64,000 bases of DNA, taken from an uncultured Bacteroidales bacterium. GTDB taxonomy: Bacteria; Bacteroidota; Bacteroidia; Bacteroidales; UBA1402. Below the pieces are notes generated by a model. The model made no database searches. It saw only the letters and a list, made by a program, of their open reading frames with translations, and had not been told where the DNA came from. The translations under genes were made by a program, and so were the position numbers. The stretch covers positions 15,334 to 79,333 of the forward strand of contig CAYPLF010000002.1 of NCBI GenBank assembly GCA_964411555.1, read 5' to 3'. This document shows positions 25,148 through 35,721 of the stretch, one piece after another (position 1 is the stretch's first letter; every line of letters begins with the position of its first letter).

Positions 25148-26233
25148 TCAACGCTTGAAATAGGTATCCAATAAGGCCTGGGCGGCAGCGAAGGAGCTGA
25201 TTTCCTCGTTGAGCACCTGGGCCTCTTTTTGTGCCAGAAGGGCCTGGATTTTCTTGTCGTGGTAGAAGTGGTTGCGCAGGTGTTCGTTGATGGATTCGTA
25301 CATCCAGTAGCGTGATTGTACCGCCCGTTTGTGACGGAAAAAACCGTTGTTTTGTGTGAACGTCATGTATTCATACACCATTTCCATCACATCTCCGACA
25401 CCGGCTCCTGTTTTTCCTGAATAGGTCAACACACGCGGTTTCCATCCGGAATCGCTGGGAGGAAACAGTTGGAGGGCATTTTTGTACTGTGTCTGCGTGA
25501 CTAGAGCCTTGGGAATGTTGTCACCGTCGGCTTTGTTGATCACAATGCCGTCGGCCATTTCCATAATGCCCCGCTTGATGCCTTGTAGTTCATCGCCTCC
25601 ACCGGTGATTTGAATCAAGAGGAAAAAATCGACCATGGAATGGACAGCCGTCTCGGATTGGCCTACCCCCACCGTTTCCACAAAGATGGTGTCGAATCCG
25701 GCAGCCTCACACAACACAATGGTTTCACGGGTTTTTCTGGCAACACCGCCCAAGGAACCGGCGGAAGGGGAGGGGCGGATAAACGCGTTTTCCTGTATGG
25801 AGAGCTGCTCCATGCGGGTTTTATCACCCAATATACTACCCTTTGAACGTTCGCTGCTGGGGTCTATGGCCAATACGGCCAATTTTTTTCCCGTCCCGAT
25901 GAGGTGCATACCGAATGCTTCGATGGAGGTGCTTTTACCGGCTCCAGGTACTCCGGTAATGCCTACCCGGATGGAATTGCCGGTATAGGGCAAGCATTTT
26001 TCAATGATTTGCTGGGCTTTTTCCTGATGGTCCGCACGTGCACTTTCCACCAAGGTGACAGCTTGGCTCAGCATCACCCGGTCACCCTTGAGAATACCTT
26101 CCACATAATCCTCAGCCGAATAATCCTTTTTCTTGAGCCGCGTACTGCGGTACGGGTTCACGATAGGAGGTTGTTCGATGCCTTTTTGCACCGACAGGCT
26201 CTTGTAATGTGGATCGTTTTCCGGATGTTTCAT
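25148..26233 (-). CDS. meaB: MeaB/ArgK-type G3E GTPase (methylmalonyl-CoA mutase-associated metallochaperone family)
   Basis: GITGVPGAGKST P-loop, FVETVGVGQSE and INKADG (NKxD). Confidence 0.88.
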   Translation of the reverse strand: MKHPENDPHYKSLSVQKGIEQPPIVNPYRSTRLKKKDYSAEDYVEGILKGDRVMLSQAVTLVESARADHQEKAQQIIEKCLPYTGNSIRVGITGVPGAGKSTSIEAFGMHLIGTGKKLAVLAIDPSSERSKGSILGDKTRMEQLSIQENAFIRPSPSAGSLGGVARKTRETIVLCEAAGFDTIFVETVGVGQSETAVHSMVDFFLLIQITGGGDELQGIKRGIMEMADGIVINKADGDNIPKALVTQTQYKNALQLFPPSDSGWKPRVLTYSGKTGAGVGDVMEMVYEYMTFTQNNGFFRHKRAVQSRYWMYESINEHLRNHFYHDKKIQALLAQKEAQVLNEEISSFAAAQALLDTYFKR

Positions 26234-27327
26234 TTTGAAGGCGAGACTTGCGCAGTGACAAACAAGCGAGTCTGGCTGTTGTTGGGGTCGTTGGTGAAAA
26301 GGGTAGCCCGTTGCACCACGTTTCCGCTGAAGGTGCCGGCATTGAACTCAACCCTCAGTTTGATGGATTTCCCTGCCGGAACAGCCATCTTTTCGGGTAT
26401 CACTTTCATCCCATCATACTCCGGAACAATCTTACGGATCAGCAACTGGGTCTTTCCGGAATTGGTCAAGGTGACGTATTGGGTTTTCAATTCTTTCTGT
26501 TTCAGTGACCCCAGGTTCAACCGGGTGGTGGACAAGGTGCAAACCGGAGCGTTTTTCAGTTGGCTGTCCGTCAGTCTGGAAAAGTCCTCAGTGATGTAGG
26601 CACTAATCTGAATGGCATTTTTGGCGCTGGCTTTCACATTGTTGTCCATGACCAGGAAAAATTCATCCTCTTTACGGCCGTAATCCTTGGCCAGGCTGGC
26701 CCGGTAAGTAATGGTTATATACCCTTTTTTCCCGGGTTTCAGTTCTGTGTCAGAAGCGACAGCGGTGATGTGCGCAGGCACATTCCTGAGACTCAACTTG
26801 ATTGTTTTTTCTGTGGTATTGATCAGGTTGATTTTTTCCGTGCGGATACTGCCTGTTTTGGCATCCAGGATGGAAATCTGTGTTTTATCGAGCCGCAATC
26901 CGCCCATGCTGCGTGGATACGTTTGTTCAATAGTGTTCTCATTGTCACTGGGCACCACATTTCCCTTGATGGACAAGATGATTTGGGCGTTGTTGGGGTC
27001 GTTGCAGTAAACGATAATGTTTTTATAAAACTCGTTGGGCCTTCCCACTGTGTTGAAGGTTACCTTGATGATGCCGGATGCCCCCGGTAAAACAGGCTCC
27101 TTTGTAAATTCGGGCGTGGTACAGCCACAGTCAGCATTGGCCCGCTGGATGACCAGGGGTGCTTTGCCCGTATTTTTAAAGGTAAAGGTACAAATAGCTT
27201 CCTTGATGTCTTCCTTGATGTCTCCAAAGTCGTATAGGCGACTGTCAAATTGAATGGTCGGTCCGGACTGGGCCAGTGCGGTCATGCTAAACAGCACAGC
27301 CAGTGTGCAAGCGGCAAGGTGTTTCAT
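26230..27327 (-). CDS. DUF1573 domain-containing secreted protein
   Basis: Signal peptide, then DFGDIKE....FTFKNTGKAPLVI....CGCTTPEFTKEPV.PG..G.I.V.FN, the DUF1573 signature. Further Ig-like repeats follow. Confidence 0.75.
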   Translation of the reverse strand: MKHLAACTLAVLFSMTALAQSGPTIQFDSRLYDFGDIKEDIKEAICTFTFKNTGKAPLVIQRANADCGCTTPEFTKEPVLPGASGIIKVTFNTVGRPNEFYKNIIVYCNDPNNAQIILSIKGNVVPSDNENTIEQTYPRSMGGLRLDKTQISILDAKTGSIRTEKINLINTTEKTIKLSLRNVPAHITAVASDTELKPGKKGYITITYRASLAKDYGRKEDEFFLVMDNNVKASAKNAIQISAYITEDFSRLTDSQLKNAPVCTLSTTRLNLGSLKQKELKTQYVTLTNSGKTQLLIRKIVPEYDGMKVIPEKMAVPAGKSIKLRVEFNAGTFSGNVVQRATLFTNDPNNSQTRLFVTAQVSPSK

Positions 27328-27824
27328 AGCGTTACTCCTTTTATGCGGGTGAAATTTTCGTACGTATAACTGAAAGGACAGTCAGCCGAGGCAGCATGGT
27401 GTTCAGAGAACGTCTTTTCCCATTCGTTGAAATCGATGACGGGGAAAAACGTGTCTGCCTCGAAATCGTGGTGGACAAACGTCAGGTAGAGTGTATCAAC
27501 CAATGGATAGGTTTGTTGGTAAATGGAGGCGCCTCCGATGAAGAAGACTTTTTTATCGTCCGTACACATGGCCAAGGCTTCTTCCACCGAACGGGCGGTT
27601 TCGCAGCCTTCAAACGTTTCGTCGTCGAATGTTAACACTATGTTGCGCCGTTTGGGCAAGGCGCCCTTCGGCAGGGAAAAAAAGGTATTCCTGCCCATGA
27701 TGACGGTGTGCCCCAGGGTTATTTCCTTGAAGTGTTTCAGGTCACCGGGAAGGTGGCACAACAGCTTGTTGTCTTTCCCGATGGCGTTGTTGTTGGCTAT
27801 AGCGACAATGATTCCGGTTTCCAT
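27324..27824 (-). CDS. folA: Dihydrofolate reductase
   Basis: IVAIANNNAIGKDNKLLCHLPGDLKHFKEIT..HTVIMGRNTF...IGGASIY. Confidence 0.9.
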   Translation of the reverse strand: METGIIVAIANNNAIGKDNKLLCHLPGDLKHFKEITLGHTVIMGRNTFFSLPKGALPKRRNIVLTFDDETFEGCETARSVEEALAMCTDDKKVFFIGGASIYQQTYPLVDTLYLTFVHHDFEADTFFPVIDFNEWEKTFSEHHAASADCPFSYTYENFTRIKGVTL

Positions 27825-27833
27825 AGAGTGGGT

Positions 27834-28628
27834 TTATACGGCAACGGCACCCTTGATGTGCGGGTGCGGGTTGTAGTTTTCAAGGGTGAAGTCTTCGTAA
27901 ACGAAGTCAAAAATCGAAGTGCGTTCAGGATTGATGCGCATGGTAGGCAGCGGCCTAGGTTCACGGCTGAGTTGTTCATGAATCTGGTCCAGGTGGTTGA
28001 GGTAGATATGGGCATCGCCCAACGTATGGACGAAGTCGCCGGCCTTGAGTCCGGTGACCTGAGCCGCCATTTGCAGCAAGATAGCATAGGATGCTATGTT
28101 GAACGGTACTCCCAGGAAGATGTCGGCACTCCGTTGGTAGAGTTGCAGGCTCAGTTTTCCGTCCGCCACATAAAACTGGAAGAAGGCATGGCAGGGAGGA
28201 AGGTTCATATTGGGCAGGTCGGCCACGTTCCAGGAGCTGACAATGATGCGCCGCGAGTCAGGGTTATGCTTGATGGTTTCGATGGCCTGGGTGATTTGGT
28301 CGATGTTGCCTCCGTTGTAATCGGGCCACGACCTCCATTGGTAGCCGTAAATGTGTCCCAGATCACCGTTTTCGTCGGCCCACTCGTTCCAGATCCGGAC
28401 GCCGTTTGCATGTAGATATGCCAGATTGGTGTCGCCTTTTAAAAACCACAACAACTCGTGGATGATGGACTTCAGGTGCAGTTTTTTGGTGGTCAGGCAA
28501 GGGAATCCTTCCTCCAGGTTAAACCGCATTTGATGGCCAAAAAGACTGATGGTGCCTGTACCGGTGCGGTCTTCCTTCCGGACACCTTCATCGAGTACCC
28601 GTTGTAATAGGTCCAGATATTGTTTCAT
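27834..28628 (-). CDS. thyA: Thymidylate synthase
   Basis: MKQYLDLLQ..., DRTGTGT, LPPCH.FFQFYV and DAHIY. I place the start at 28628, not the ORF-track 28649. Confidence 0.95.
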   Translation of the reverse strand: MKQYLDLLQRVLDEGVRKEDRTGTGTISLFGHQMRFNLEEGFPCLTTKKLHLKSIIHELLWFLKGDTNLAYLHANGVRIWNEWADENGDLGHIYGYQWRSWPDYNGGNIDQITQAIETIKHNPDSRRIIVSSWNVADLPNMNLPPCHAFFQFYVADGKLSLQLYQRSADIFLGVPFNIASYAILLQMAAQVTGLKAGDFVHTLGDAHIYLNHLDQIHEQLSREPRPLPTMRINPERTSIFDFVYEDFTLENYNPHPHIKGAVAV

Positions 28629-28671
28629 GATGTAATTCCTACACCACAAACCTACGAAAAATATGCGAGTA

Positions 28672-30654
28672 TTAAAACAATTTGTAGGTTGTTTTGAGCA
28701 CCTTGAATTCGCTTCTGCGGTTGATTTGGTCGGCGATTTCCTGTTGTTCAGGTGTAAGGGTACCGATGTATCCTTCGTCCAGGTAGGTGTCTTCTTTTAG
28801 GAAGCGGTAGGTCTTTTCCAGGCGGCTGTCCACCTTCACCGGTTGGCTTTTTCCATACCCTTTGGCCACCAGACGATCTTTTTCCACGCCCTGTTCAACC
28901 AGGTAATTGACCACCGATTGGGCCCGTTGCTCAGAAAGCGTGTTGTTGAAGGCTTCCGTGCCGATACGGTCGGTGTGGGCGCCAATCTCGACAATGATGT
29001 GCGGGTTGTCCAGCATCAGTTTGTGTAAGCCTTCCAAGGCAGGCAGGGAAGCATCAGTAAGCGTTGCTTTGTTGAATTCAAAGAAGATGTTGTCAATACG
29101 GACCGGGCGGTACAAGGGGGTCAGTGTGAAATCAACCCGATAGCTGGTGTCCTTTTCCCGGTCGAGGGCATAAAAACGGTTGGAGTTGTTCAGGTACGAA
29201 CGAGCCGTACCCAATAGGGCATATTCCGCACCCTTTTCAATGCCAATCTTGTAGGTTCCATCCTTGTCGGTACGAATTTTGGTATTCAACCCCTTATCGT
29301 TGATCAGCCGGATAGTGGCATCGGGTACAATCTCACCAAAGTTATCACGAACGGTCCCTTGCGCAAAAATGGCTGTCTTGGCCAGTTCAAAGCTGTAAAT
29401 TTGATCCCAGCCCTTACTTTCTTTGCGGTTGGTAGAAAAGTAGCCTTTTTCTTCCTTACCGTAAAAGGTGATTCCGAAATCATCTCCTTGAGAATTGAGG
29501 GGTAAACCCATGTTTTCAACACGGTATGCGGTGTCACGTTTCAAGTTTGCCACAAATAAGTCCAGCCCTCCGAAGCCGGGTTGCCCGTCGGAAGAAAAGT
29601 AGAGTGTGCTGTCGTTGCGCAGACAGGGAAAAACCTCGTCGCCAGGCGTGTTGACCAAAGGACCCAGGTTCTCGGGCGCACCAACTGATTTTTGTCCCAT
29701 TTCGCAGCGCCAGATATCTTTACCTCCAAAGCCCCCTTTCAAGTCGGATACAAAATAGAGGTACTTGCCATCTGACGTGATAGCCGGGTGGGCAAACAGA
29801 ATGGAAGAATCGCGGTGCAGGAGTACTTTTTGGGGCTCACTCCATTCAGCACCCGAGCGGACTGATTTGAATATTTCCACCTTGGAAAAGGTTTGTATGG
29901 AGTCCGATTTGGTGACACATCGAGTGAAATACAGGGTCTTACCATCGCCTGTAACCGAACCGGCACCCTCGTCAAATTCAGAGTTGATGGGAGCCTCAAT
30001 AGGCTGCGGTCTCGTCCAGTTTCCGTCAACATCTTTGCTGCTTATCCAAAAATCGTTGTCAGGCAAGCCTGTTATACGGCTGGGTTTGCTGTCTTTTTTT
30101 ACCTTTCCGGACGAACTGAATAACATCGTTTTGTAGTCCTGAGGTAATAAAATGGGTGAAAAGTTGCCTTTTCTGGTGTTCAGGTTCGTGTTTTTTTTAA
30201 CCTGATAGGTCGGACGTTTGGCTGACCATGCCTTGATGCGGTTACAGGCATAAACCCCGTTCAATGCCAACAGATCTTCCGGATGACTGTCTAAAAAGCG
30301 GTTGAAATGGGTAGCTGCCTCTTCGTACTTGCCGTTTTTTTGTAGCGTTTGCCCCAAACGCAAGTAAAGGGTATCGTTGAGGTAATTGTATCTCAACGCT
30401 TTGCGGTATTCACTTTCTGCTTTTAGGGGGATGTTGAGGAGGCGGTAACACTCTCCCCGGTTGAATGAGACACTGGCTTTTTGTGTTTTTTCGCTGGAAG
30501 AAAGCACGCGGTAGGCCTTGCCGTATAGCGTGGCAGCTGCGTTGTACTCACCGTATGCATACGCTTTGTCCGCTTTTCTAACGGCCAAATACGAAGAACA
30601 GGCTGTCAGTAAACAGCAAGTCACAAGTCCAATTAACAGGTAAGCGTTACGCAT
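28672..30654 (-). CDS. OmpA-family lipoprotein with TPR and TolB-like (PD40) beta-propeller regions
   Basis: Lipobox [24 protein letters not shown]-like helices, repeated PD40-like ..S.DG..LYF.S.. blades, and a C-terminal OmpA domain ([10 protein letters not shown]...GAHTDRIG...NN.LSEQRA..V). The start at 30654 avoids overlap with queA. Confidence 0.8.
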   Translation of the reverse strand: MRNAYLLIGLVTCCLLTACSSYLAVRKADKAYAYGEYNAAATLYGKAYRVLSSSEKTQKASVSFNRGECYRLLNIPLKAESEYRKALRYNYLNDTLYLRLGQTLQKNGKYEEAATHFNRFLDSHPEDLLALNGVYACNRIKAWSAKRPTYQVKKNTNLNTRKGNFSPILLPQDYKTMLFSSSGKVKKDSKPSRITGLPDNDFWISSKDVDGNWTRPQPIEAPINSEFDEGAGSVTGDGKTLYFTRCVTKSDSIQTFSKVEIFKSVRSGAEWSEPQKVLLHRDSSILFAHPAITSDGKYLYFVSDLKGGFGGKDIWRCEMGQKSVGAPENLGPLVNTPGDEVFPCLRNDSTLYFSSDGQPGFGGLDLFVANLKRDTAYRVENMGLPLNSQGDDFGITFYGKEEKGYFSTNRKESKGWDQIYSFELAKTAIFAQGTVRDNFGEIVPDATIRLINDKGLNTKIRTDKDGTYKIGIEKGAEYALLGTARSYLNNSNRFYALDREKDTSYRVDFTLTPLYRPVRIDNIFFEFNKATLTDASLPALEGLHKLMLDNPHIIVEIGAHTDRIGTEAFNNTLSEQRAQSVVNYLVEQGVEKDRLVAKGYGKSQPVKVDSRLEKTYRFLKEDTYLDEGYIGTLTPEQQEIADQINRRSEFKVLKTTYKLF

Positions 30655-30688
30655 GACCCAATAACGAAAAAACAGGTTTCTTATTGTC

Positions 30689-31942
30689 CTAAGGCCGTAA
30701 AAGCGAGCTGTCACCGTAACTAAGAAAGCGGAAGCCATTGTCAAGGGCGTATTGATAGACTTCTTTCCAGTGTTCATCGCCCAAAAAAGCTGAAACCAGG
30801 AGCAATAAGGTGCTCTTGGGCTGATGGAAGTTGGTAATCAAGGTATTGACAACTTTAAACGCATAACCTGGCGCAATGAGCAGGCGGGTTGAGGCTGTGA
30901 AGTTCCGGTATCCCATGTTGTCCAAGTACGTCAATAAGGCGTTCAATGCTGTCTTCAGGTCGGGAACGTCTTTCAAGGAATCATCCTGATAGGCGTACCA
31001 TTGGTCAAGCGTCCACTCCAGCGGTTGAAGGTCTGGGTGTCGTACCAGTTGGTGTCCAAACCAGTAGAGGCTTTCCAGGGTGCGCACCGTTGTCGTGCCG
31101 ACAGCGGTGATATGCCCTTCGTTACGGATAAGGTCTTCAATCAGACTACGTTCCACGGTGATAAACTCGGCGTGCATGGTATGTTGCCTGAGTCGGTCCG
31201 ACTGGACAGGTTTGAAGGTACCGGCTCCCACATGCAGGGTTACTTCGCTGCGTTGAATACACTTTTGGTCTATACCCTCCAGTACGCGTTCAGTAAAGTG
31301 TAAACCGGCTGTTGGAGCAGCTACCGATCCTTCAATTTTCGAATAGACCGTTTGGTAATCGGTTTCGTCGCTGGCCTCCGATTGACGGTTAAGATAGGGC
31401 GGAATGGGTATCTGACCCGCAGCCTCCAGGAGATCGCCAAATCGGACGGGTTGGGTCGCCCGGTTTGAATCCTCCCAGTGAAAACGTACCCGGAAAGCAT
31501 TGTCCACAGGCTCGCCTCGTTCTGCCGTCAACACAATGTCCCTTCCATCAATTGTCAGGTTTCTGCTCAGAACCCCTTGTTTCCACTTTTTCAGGTTGCC
31601 GATGAGGCACATCCATTCGCAGGTGGTTTCAGCCTGGAAGTTTTGGGCGTAATCGGCCGGAGAAAGCGGTTCCAGACAGAAAATCTCCATGTGGGCTCCA
31701 GTTTCCTTTTGGAAGAACAGGCGGGCATGGATGACCTTGGTATTGTTGTACACCAGCATGCTGTTGGGGTCCAATAGGTCGGGTAAATCGGAAAATCGGG
31801 TATGCGAAAGTACCCCCGATTGATAAAGCAGCAAGTTAGAACTGTCCCTGGGCTCAACGGGAAATTTTGCAATCCGGTCTTCCTCCAACGGGTAGTCGTA
31901 GGGTTCCATGTGGATGGACCGGATGGTTTCAAGCAATGACAT
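30689..31942 (-). CDS. queA: S-adenosylmethionine:tRNA ribosyltransferase-isomerase (long variant)
   Basis: IPPYL, YQTVYS...GSVAAPTAGLHFT, TLHVGAGTF.PV, AVGTTTVRTLES, TNFHQPKSTLLLLVSAF and FLSYGD. It is about 60 aa longer than E. coli QueA, with an insertion after ..RTLES. Confidence 0.88.
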   Translation of the reverse strand: MSLLETIRSIHMEPYDYPLEEDRIAKFPVEPRDSSNLLLYQSGVLSHTRFSDLPDLLDPNSMLVYNNTKVIHARLFFQKETGAHMEIFCLEPLSPADYAQNFQAETTCEWMCLIGNLKKWKQGVLSRNLTIDGRDIVLTAERGEPVDNAFRVRFHWEDSNRATQPVRFGDLLEAAGQIPIPPYLNRQSEASDETDYQTVYSKIEGSVAAPTAGLHFTERVLEGIDQKCIQRSEVTLHVGAGTFKPVQSDRLRQHTMHAEFITVERSLIEDLIRNEGHITAVGTTTVRTLESLYWFGHQLVRHPDLQPLEWTLDQWYAYQDDSLKDVPDLKTALNALLTYLDNMGYRNFTASTRLLIAPGYAFKVVNTLITNFHQPKSTLLLLVSAFLGDEHWKEVYQYALDNGFRFLSYGDSSLLRP

Positions 31943-31961
31943 GGAGGTAGTGGTTAATGGA

Positions 31962-31994
31962 AGAGAGGTTGTACCTTTAGGTTACAACCTCTCT
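31962..31994. other. Perfect 12-bp stem hairpin in the queA leader / downstream of the beta-barrel gene
   Basis: AGAGAGGTTGTA (31962-31973) pairs with TACAACCTCTCT (31983-31994). There is no U-run on either strand, so the role is uncertain. Confidence 0.4.
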
Positions 31995-32091
31995 TTGTGA
32001 TAGACGGTCATTGACCCTTCTGACAGGAATGCCGTAATGATTGAATTATGTGTGAGAACATTCTCCGCCGGAATGAAACGGAGATGGCTGA

Positions 32092-32541
32092 TTAGAAGCG
32101 ATAACGGACGCCAAATGCTCCGCCAAAGTCGTTGTAACCCCCTGCTCCGAAAATGATAGCCGGACGGGAGTCGATGCTCAATTGGATGGGCACGCTGGGA
32201 AAGGTGTATTCAATACCAATCTGTCCAACGATACCGGCACCAAATCCGCCGCTGTTGATACGGATACCTGCACCCGGACCAACATACCAGGCAAAACCTT
32301 CGGTCAGTTGTTCTTCAAGCGACCATTTCCAATGGTAGATACCTGTCAGGGCAAAACCACCATAAGTTCCAAAACCCAAATCGGCTTCCAAACGGTTGGC
32401 ATCACCCAAATCCATCTGGTATGAAACTTCGGCTCCATTGTTGTTGCCGCCATTAAAACGAACACCAATGCCTTTGTCTTGAGCAAACGTTGTGGCAACC
32501 ATAGCCAGGCCAACAACCACACATGCAATCACTTTTTTCAT
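32092..32541 (-). CDS. Small outer-membrane beta-barrel (OmpW/opacity-porin-like) protein
   Basis: Signal peptide MKKVIACVVVGLAMVATTFAQ, Gly/aromatic-rich alternating strands and a C-terminal ..GVRYRF. I place the start at 32541. The ORF-track extension to 32775 overlaps the next gene. Confidence 0.6.
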   Translation of the reverse strand: MKKVIACVVVGLAMVATTFAQDKGIGVRFNGGNNNGAEVSYQMDLGDANRLEADLGFGTYGGFALTGIYHWKWSLEEQLTEGFAWYVGPGAGIRINSGGFGAGIVGQIGIEYTFPSVPIQLSIDSRPAIIFGAGGYNDFGGAFGVRYRF

Positions 32542-32635
32542 AGGTTTTTTAGTTTTGTATTGTACAAAAGTACGGTTAAATTTCATTTTTGCAAGAAGTT
32601 CTTCAACTTGTTTTGACTCTGAACGGAAAAACAGT

Positions 32636-35617
32636 TTATCGTTTGCAAATGGCCTTATAGTCGCAATATTCGCACGAGGATAACGCCTCACATTGAACGA
32701 AAGGTACAGCTGGGTTGAACAGTTCGTGTAATACGCGTTGCAGTTCGCCCCAAAACAGATCATCATGGGGAGCATAATCGGCCAGGGTTACCTTATCTTT
32801 TCCGGAACGAAGTTGGATGTCGCCTGAATAATCGTCGGCGCCGGCTTTGTTGATGTACAAAAGCTTGGGATTCAACTGCCATTCAGGTTTGGTTCGGTGC
32901 AGGATGGCGCAATAAGTAAGTAGTTGGAAGATGTGGCTGGCTCGTTTTGGTTTCGGTCTGAACAATGCTTCAATCGAATCTGGAGAGGCAGCATCACCAC
33001 CACCTGTTTTATAATCGACCACGGTCCATGTCCCATCCTTGTAATGCATGCGGTCTATGGTGCCGCCCAGTCTGAGCAAAAGACGGCCATTGATGGTCTC
33101 AATGGGAACCAGGTATTCCACCTGGGTCTCCATTCCAACTAATTCAAACGGTGCCTCCTGTTTCTCGAGTTCCACAAACGTACGCAGGAAATGGGTCAGC
33201 AGCCTGAGCCGGATCAGTTGCTCACCACTGAATTCGGGCGTTTCTTCCGATTCGGGCTTGAGATGGAAAAAATTGATTCCCATGACATACCTGGCCAACT
33301 TATCAATGGAATGAACCGATGCAATCCAAGGTTCAAGGTCTGCCGGACAGATAGTCCCCTGTATCGTGCCTTCCTTCAACCCTCTTTGTATGGTTTTTTC
33401 CCTACGTGCCGCTTCTACTTCAACCGGACCGGGACGTTTTCCTGCTTTACGTAGCAGGATATCAGTATACAGGTATTCCGCCGCATGATGGAAACATGTC
33501 CCCAGCATGGCTCCGTCTATTTCATCACTGATGGTTTCTTCTTCTTTCAAGTTGGCCACATAACGGAAATAAAACCGAAGCGGGCAATCGATATAGGTAT
33601 TCAGCGCCGTGGGTGACAACAGGTGGTTGCCAGTACTGCTGTTGAACCGATGGCACAGTGTATCCATCAGGTGAGTTGATTTGTCAACCCGTAGATTTCG
33701 GGCAGAGCTCAATCCCATGGTGGTATGCAATTGATAGCAGGAAATGGGTTGCTGAGCGTCAACCAGCAGTTGGAGCATGAAGCGGCTCATTTCTCCACGG
33801 TTTAATCCATCGCTCGAGGTATTGTAGGCTAGTGTGATGTGCTCAGCCCGTTGAAGCAGACGGTAGAAATAATAAGCAAAAATGGAATCCTTATGGTCTG
33901 ATGTGGTCAAGCCGAAACCCTTTCTGAGGTTATACGGGATAAACGATACGTCGTTCGCCGATTTAGGCAGCATCCCCTCGTTGACCGACAGGATGAGCAC
34001 GTTCTTGAAATCGAGGGTACGGGTTTCCAGCATCCCCATGATTTGCATCCCCCTGACCGGTTCACCTGAAAAGGGAATACTGGTCACAGAAATGACCCGC
34101 TGCAACAAGGAAGTGAATACAGGCATTCCAACCTCCACCAACCCTTCGTTGAGTGTATCCCTGAGGCGGGAAATCAAGGTATAACATTGGAATATGGACT
34201 CCTGAAACAAGGGGTCGTCTTGTTGGCTATCTTCCTCCTCGCTAGGTTCAGCTGCTTTTTTTCGTGAAAGGTTGGACAGAACGTTCATGAGCCTTTCAGC
34301 CAATTCAACACTGTTGTTGACAGGTGTGAACAGCTCCTCCAGGAAAGCATCCTGCCACAGGATCCGGGTAGAAACACGAAACAAGTTCTGTTGCTTGATT
34401 TCCGCTTCAACCCGGCTTGCAGCAGCACTGGACATGACCACCAACGGATGTTGGAGGATGGGCAGCAAGTACCTGAAATTGAAGCGTGATACGCCTTTTT
34501 TGTCTGTCTGCACACCGGATGTGTGCATGAGACACACGCGGTTGATGAGGTTGCTTACGGGTGCCTGCGATAAAGGAAACCCCATGGTCACATTCAACTC
34601 ACTGACCGTTTCGGGGATGCTGTGAAGTACAGGCAGCAACAACGATTCATTGCACAGTACCACGGCTGTTTCTTCGGGTTTGAATCCAGGCCCCAGCGAT
34701 TTGATCCATTCGGGCAGGTAACGCGCCTGCGCGTTTTCAGAAGCCGAGGCTACAAAATCCAGGTGTTTCCTGTTTTTTATAAACGCGTCGAAGTGTTCTG
34801 CGCCCAGTTGGTTGGGGAAATGCTCCAGGTTCTGTCGCATGAAGCGACCGGCTTCGTGATTGTTTACCTGAAGGTAACTGTTGTCGTAATCCCAGAAAAA
34901 AAGCGCCTTGTCTTGTTTGAGCAGGTGGTTGAATAATTCTTTCTCGCACTGGTTCAGCACATTGAAACCTACGAAGACGTATTTTTCATACGAAAAGATA
35001 CCCCCTTCGTTCTTGCGAAGACCCTCTACTACCTTTCTGTTTAGCATTCCTTCGTATGCCAGCCCATCGTGCTCAAGCGTTTCCTTGAAGCTGGAGTATA
35101 CCTGCATGAGGCAATTCCAATTTTCAATGAAGCGCCGCTTGAGTTCCGTCTTGCGACTGGGGTCGAAATGGTCAAAAAAACGACGGATGATCGATACCTG
35201 TTCTTCCGACAAGTGTTCAAGGGTATCGGTGAATGCGGCCTGTTCCTTGATGTTGCGGAACAACTGGGTGGCATCGGCCAGGTTCTTGTCCACATCGTCA
35301 AAGTCGCTCAGCAAAAGTTCGCCCCACAGGTAAAATTCATCAAAGGATTCAGGCTGTTGGCTTACCTCTTGGAAGGTCTTGTACAAGCGGGCAACCAGAG
35401 AAAGGGTATCGGCCACCTTGAGCGTAGACTGGCTCTCAAACAAGTTGTTGATGGTCAGAAAGGAAGGAGTCCAGATGGGTTTTCCGGCCAGTTCCAACAA
35501 ATGTTCGCTGAAAAACAACTTGGCCCTGTTGTTGGGAAAGATGACAGCGATGTCGGAAAGACGGTCGCCATAGTGCTGATAAAGGTGCTGAGCGGTAAGC
35601 CGAAGAAAGGATTCCAT
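32636..35617 (-). CDS. AddB-like PD-(D/E)XK nuclease subunit (helicase-nuclease complex, inactive-helicase partner)
   Basis: 993 aa. The C-terminal nuclease domain has YIDCPLRFYF plus a terminal Cys cluster CEALSSCEYCDYKAIC (AddB/Cas4-type Fe-S arrangement) and GTIDRM..VVDYKTG (D..DxK). Confidence 0.75.
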   Translation of the reverse strand: MESFLRLTAQHLYQHYGDRLSDIAVIFPNNRAKLFFSEHLLELAGKPIWTPSFLTINNLFESQSTLKVADTLSLVARLYKTFQEVSQQPESFDEFYLWGELLLSDFDDVDKNLADATQLFRNIKEQAAFTDTLEHLSEEQVSIIRRFFDHFDPSRKTELKRRFIENWNCLMQVYSSFKETLEHDGLAYEGMLNRKVVEGLRKNEGGIFSYEKYVFVGFNVLNQCEKELFNHLLKQDKALFFWDYDNSYLQVNNHEAGRFMRQNLEHFPNQLGAEHFDAFIKNRKHLDFVASASENAQARYLPEWIKSLGPGFKPEETAVVLCNESLLLPVLHSIPETVSELNVTMGFPLSQAPVSNLINRVCLMHTSGVQTDKKGVSRFNFRYLLPILQHPLVVMSSAAASRVEAEIKQQNLFRVSTRILWQDAFLEELFTPVNNSVELAERLMNVLSNLSRKKAAEPSEEEDSQQDDPLFQESIFQCYTLISRLRDTLNEGLVEVGMPVFTSLLQRVISVTSIPFSGEPVRGMQIMGMLETRTLDFKNVLILSVNEGMLPKSANDVSFIPYNLRKGFGLTTSDHKDSIFAYYFYRLLQRAEHITLAYNTSSDGLNRGEMSRFMLQLLVDAQQPISCYQLHTTMGLSSARNLRVDKSTHLMDTLCHRFNSSTGNHLLSPTALNTYIDCPLRFYFRYVANLKEEETISDEIDGAMLGTCFHHAAEYLYTDILLRKAGKRPGPVEVEAARREKTIQRGLKEGTIQGTICPADLEPWIASVHSIDKLARYVMGINFFHLKPESEETPEFSGEQLIRLRLLTHFLRTFVELEKQEAPFELVGMETQVEYLVPIETINGRLLLRLGGTIDRMHYKDGTWTVVDYKTGGGDAASPDSIEALFRPKPKRASHIFQLLTYCAILHRTKPEWQLNPKLLYINKAGADDYSGDIQLRSGKDKVTLADYAPHDDLFWGELQRVLHELFNPAVPFVQCEALSSCEYCDYKAICKR

Positions 35618-35721
35618 ACCGGTAGGTTCGATTGGCTAATGTACAAAAAAGTAAGGCCCAAACCGTGTGTTTTCTAAAAAATGCGTATTTTCGAGTCCGA
35701 TTCAAACGGAAAAAACTGGGT

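Noticed and set aside
31962-31994. 12-bp perfect hairpin upstream of queA as a preQ1-type riboswitch or attenuator
   Set aside because: It is a single simple stem-loop with no pseudoknot-capable flanks or U-run, and queA is not a known preQ1-riboswitch target. I kept it only as a low-confidence structural feature.
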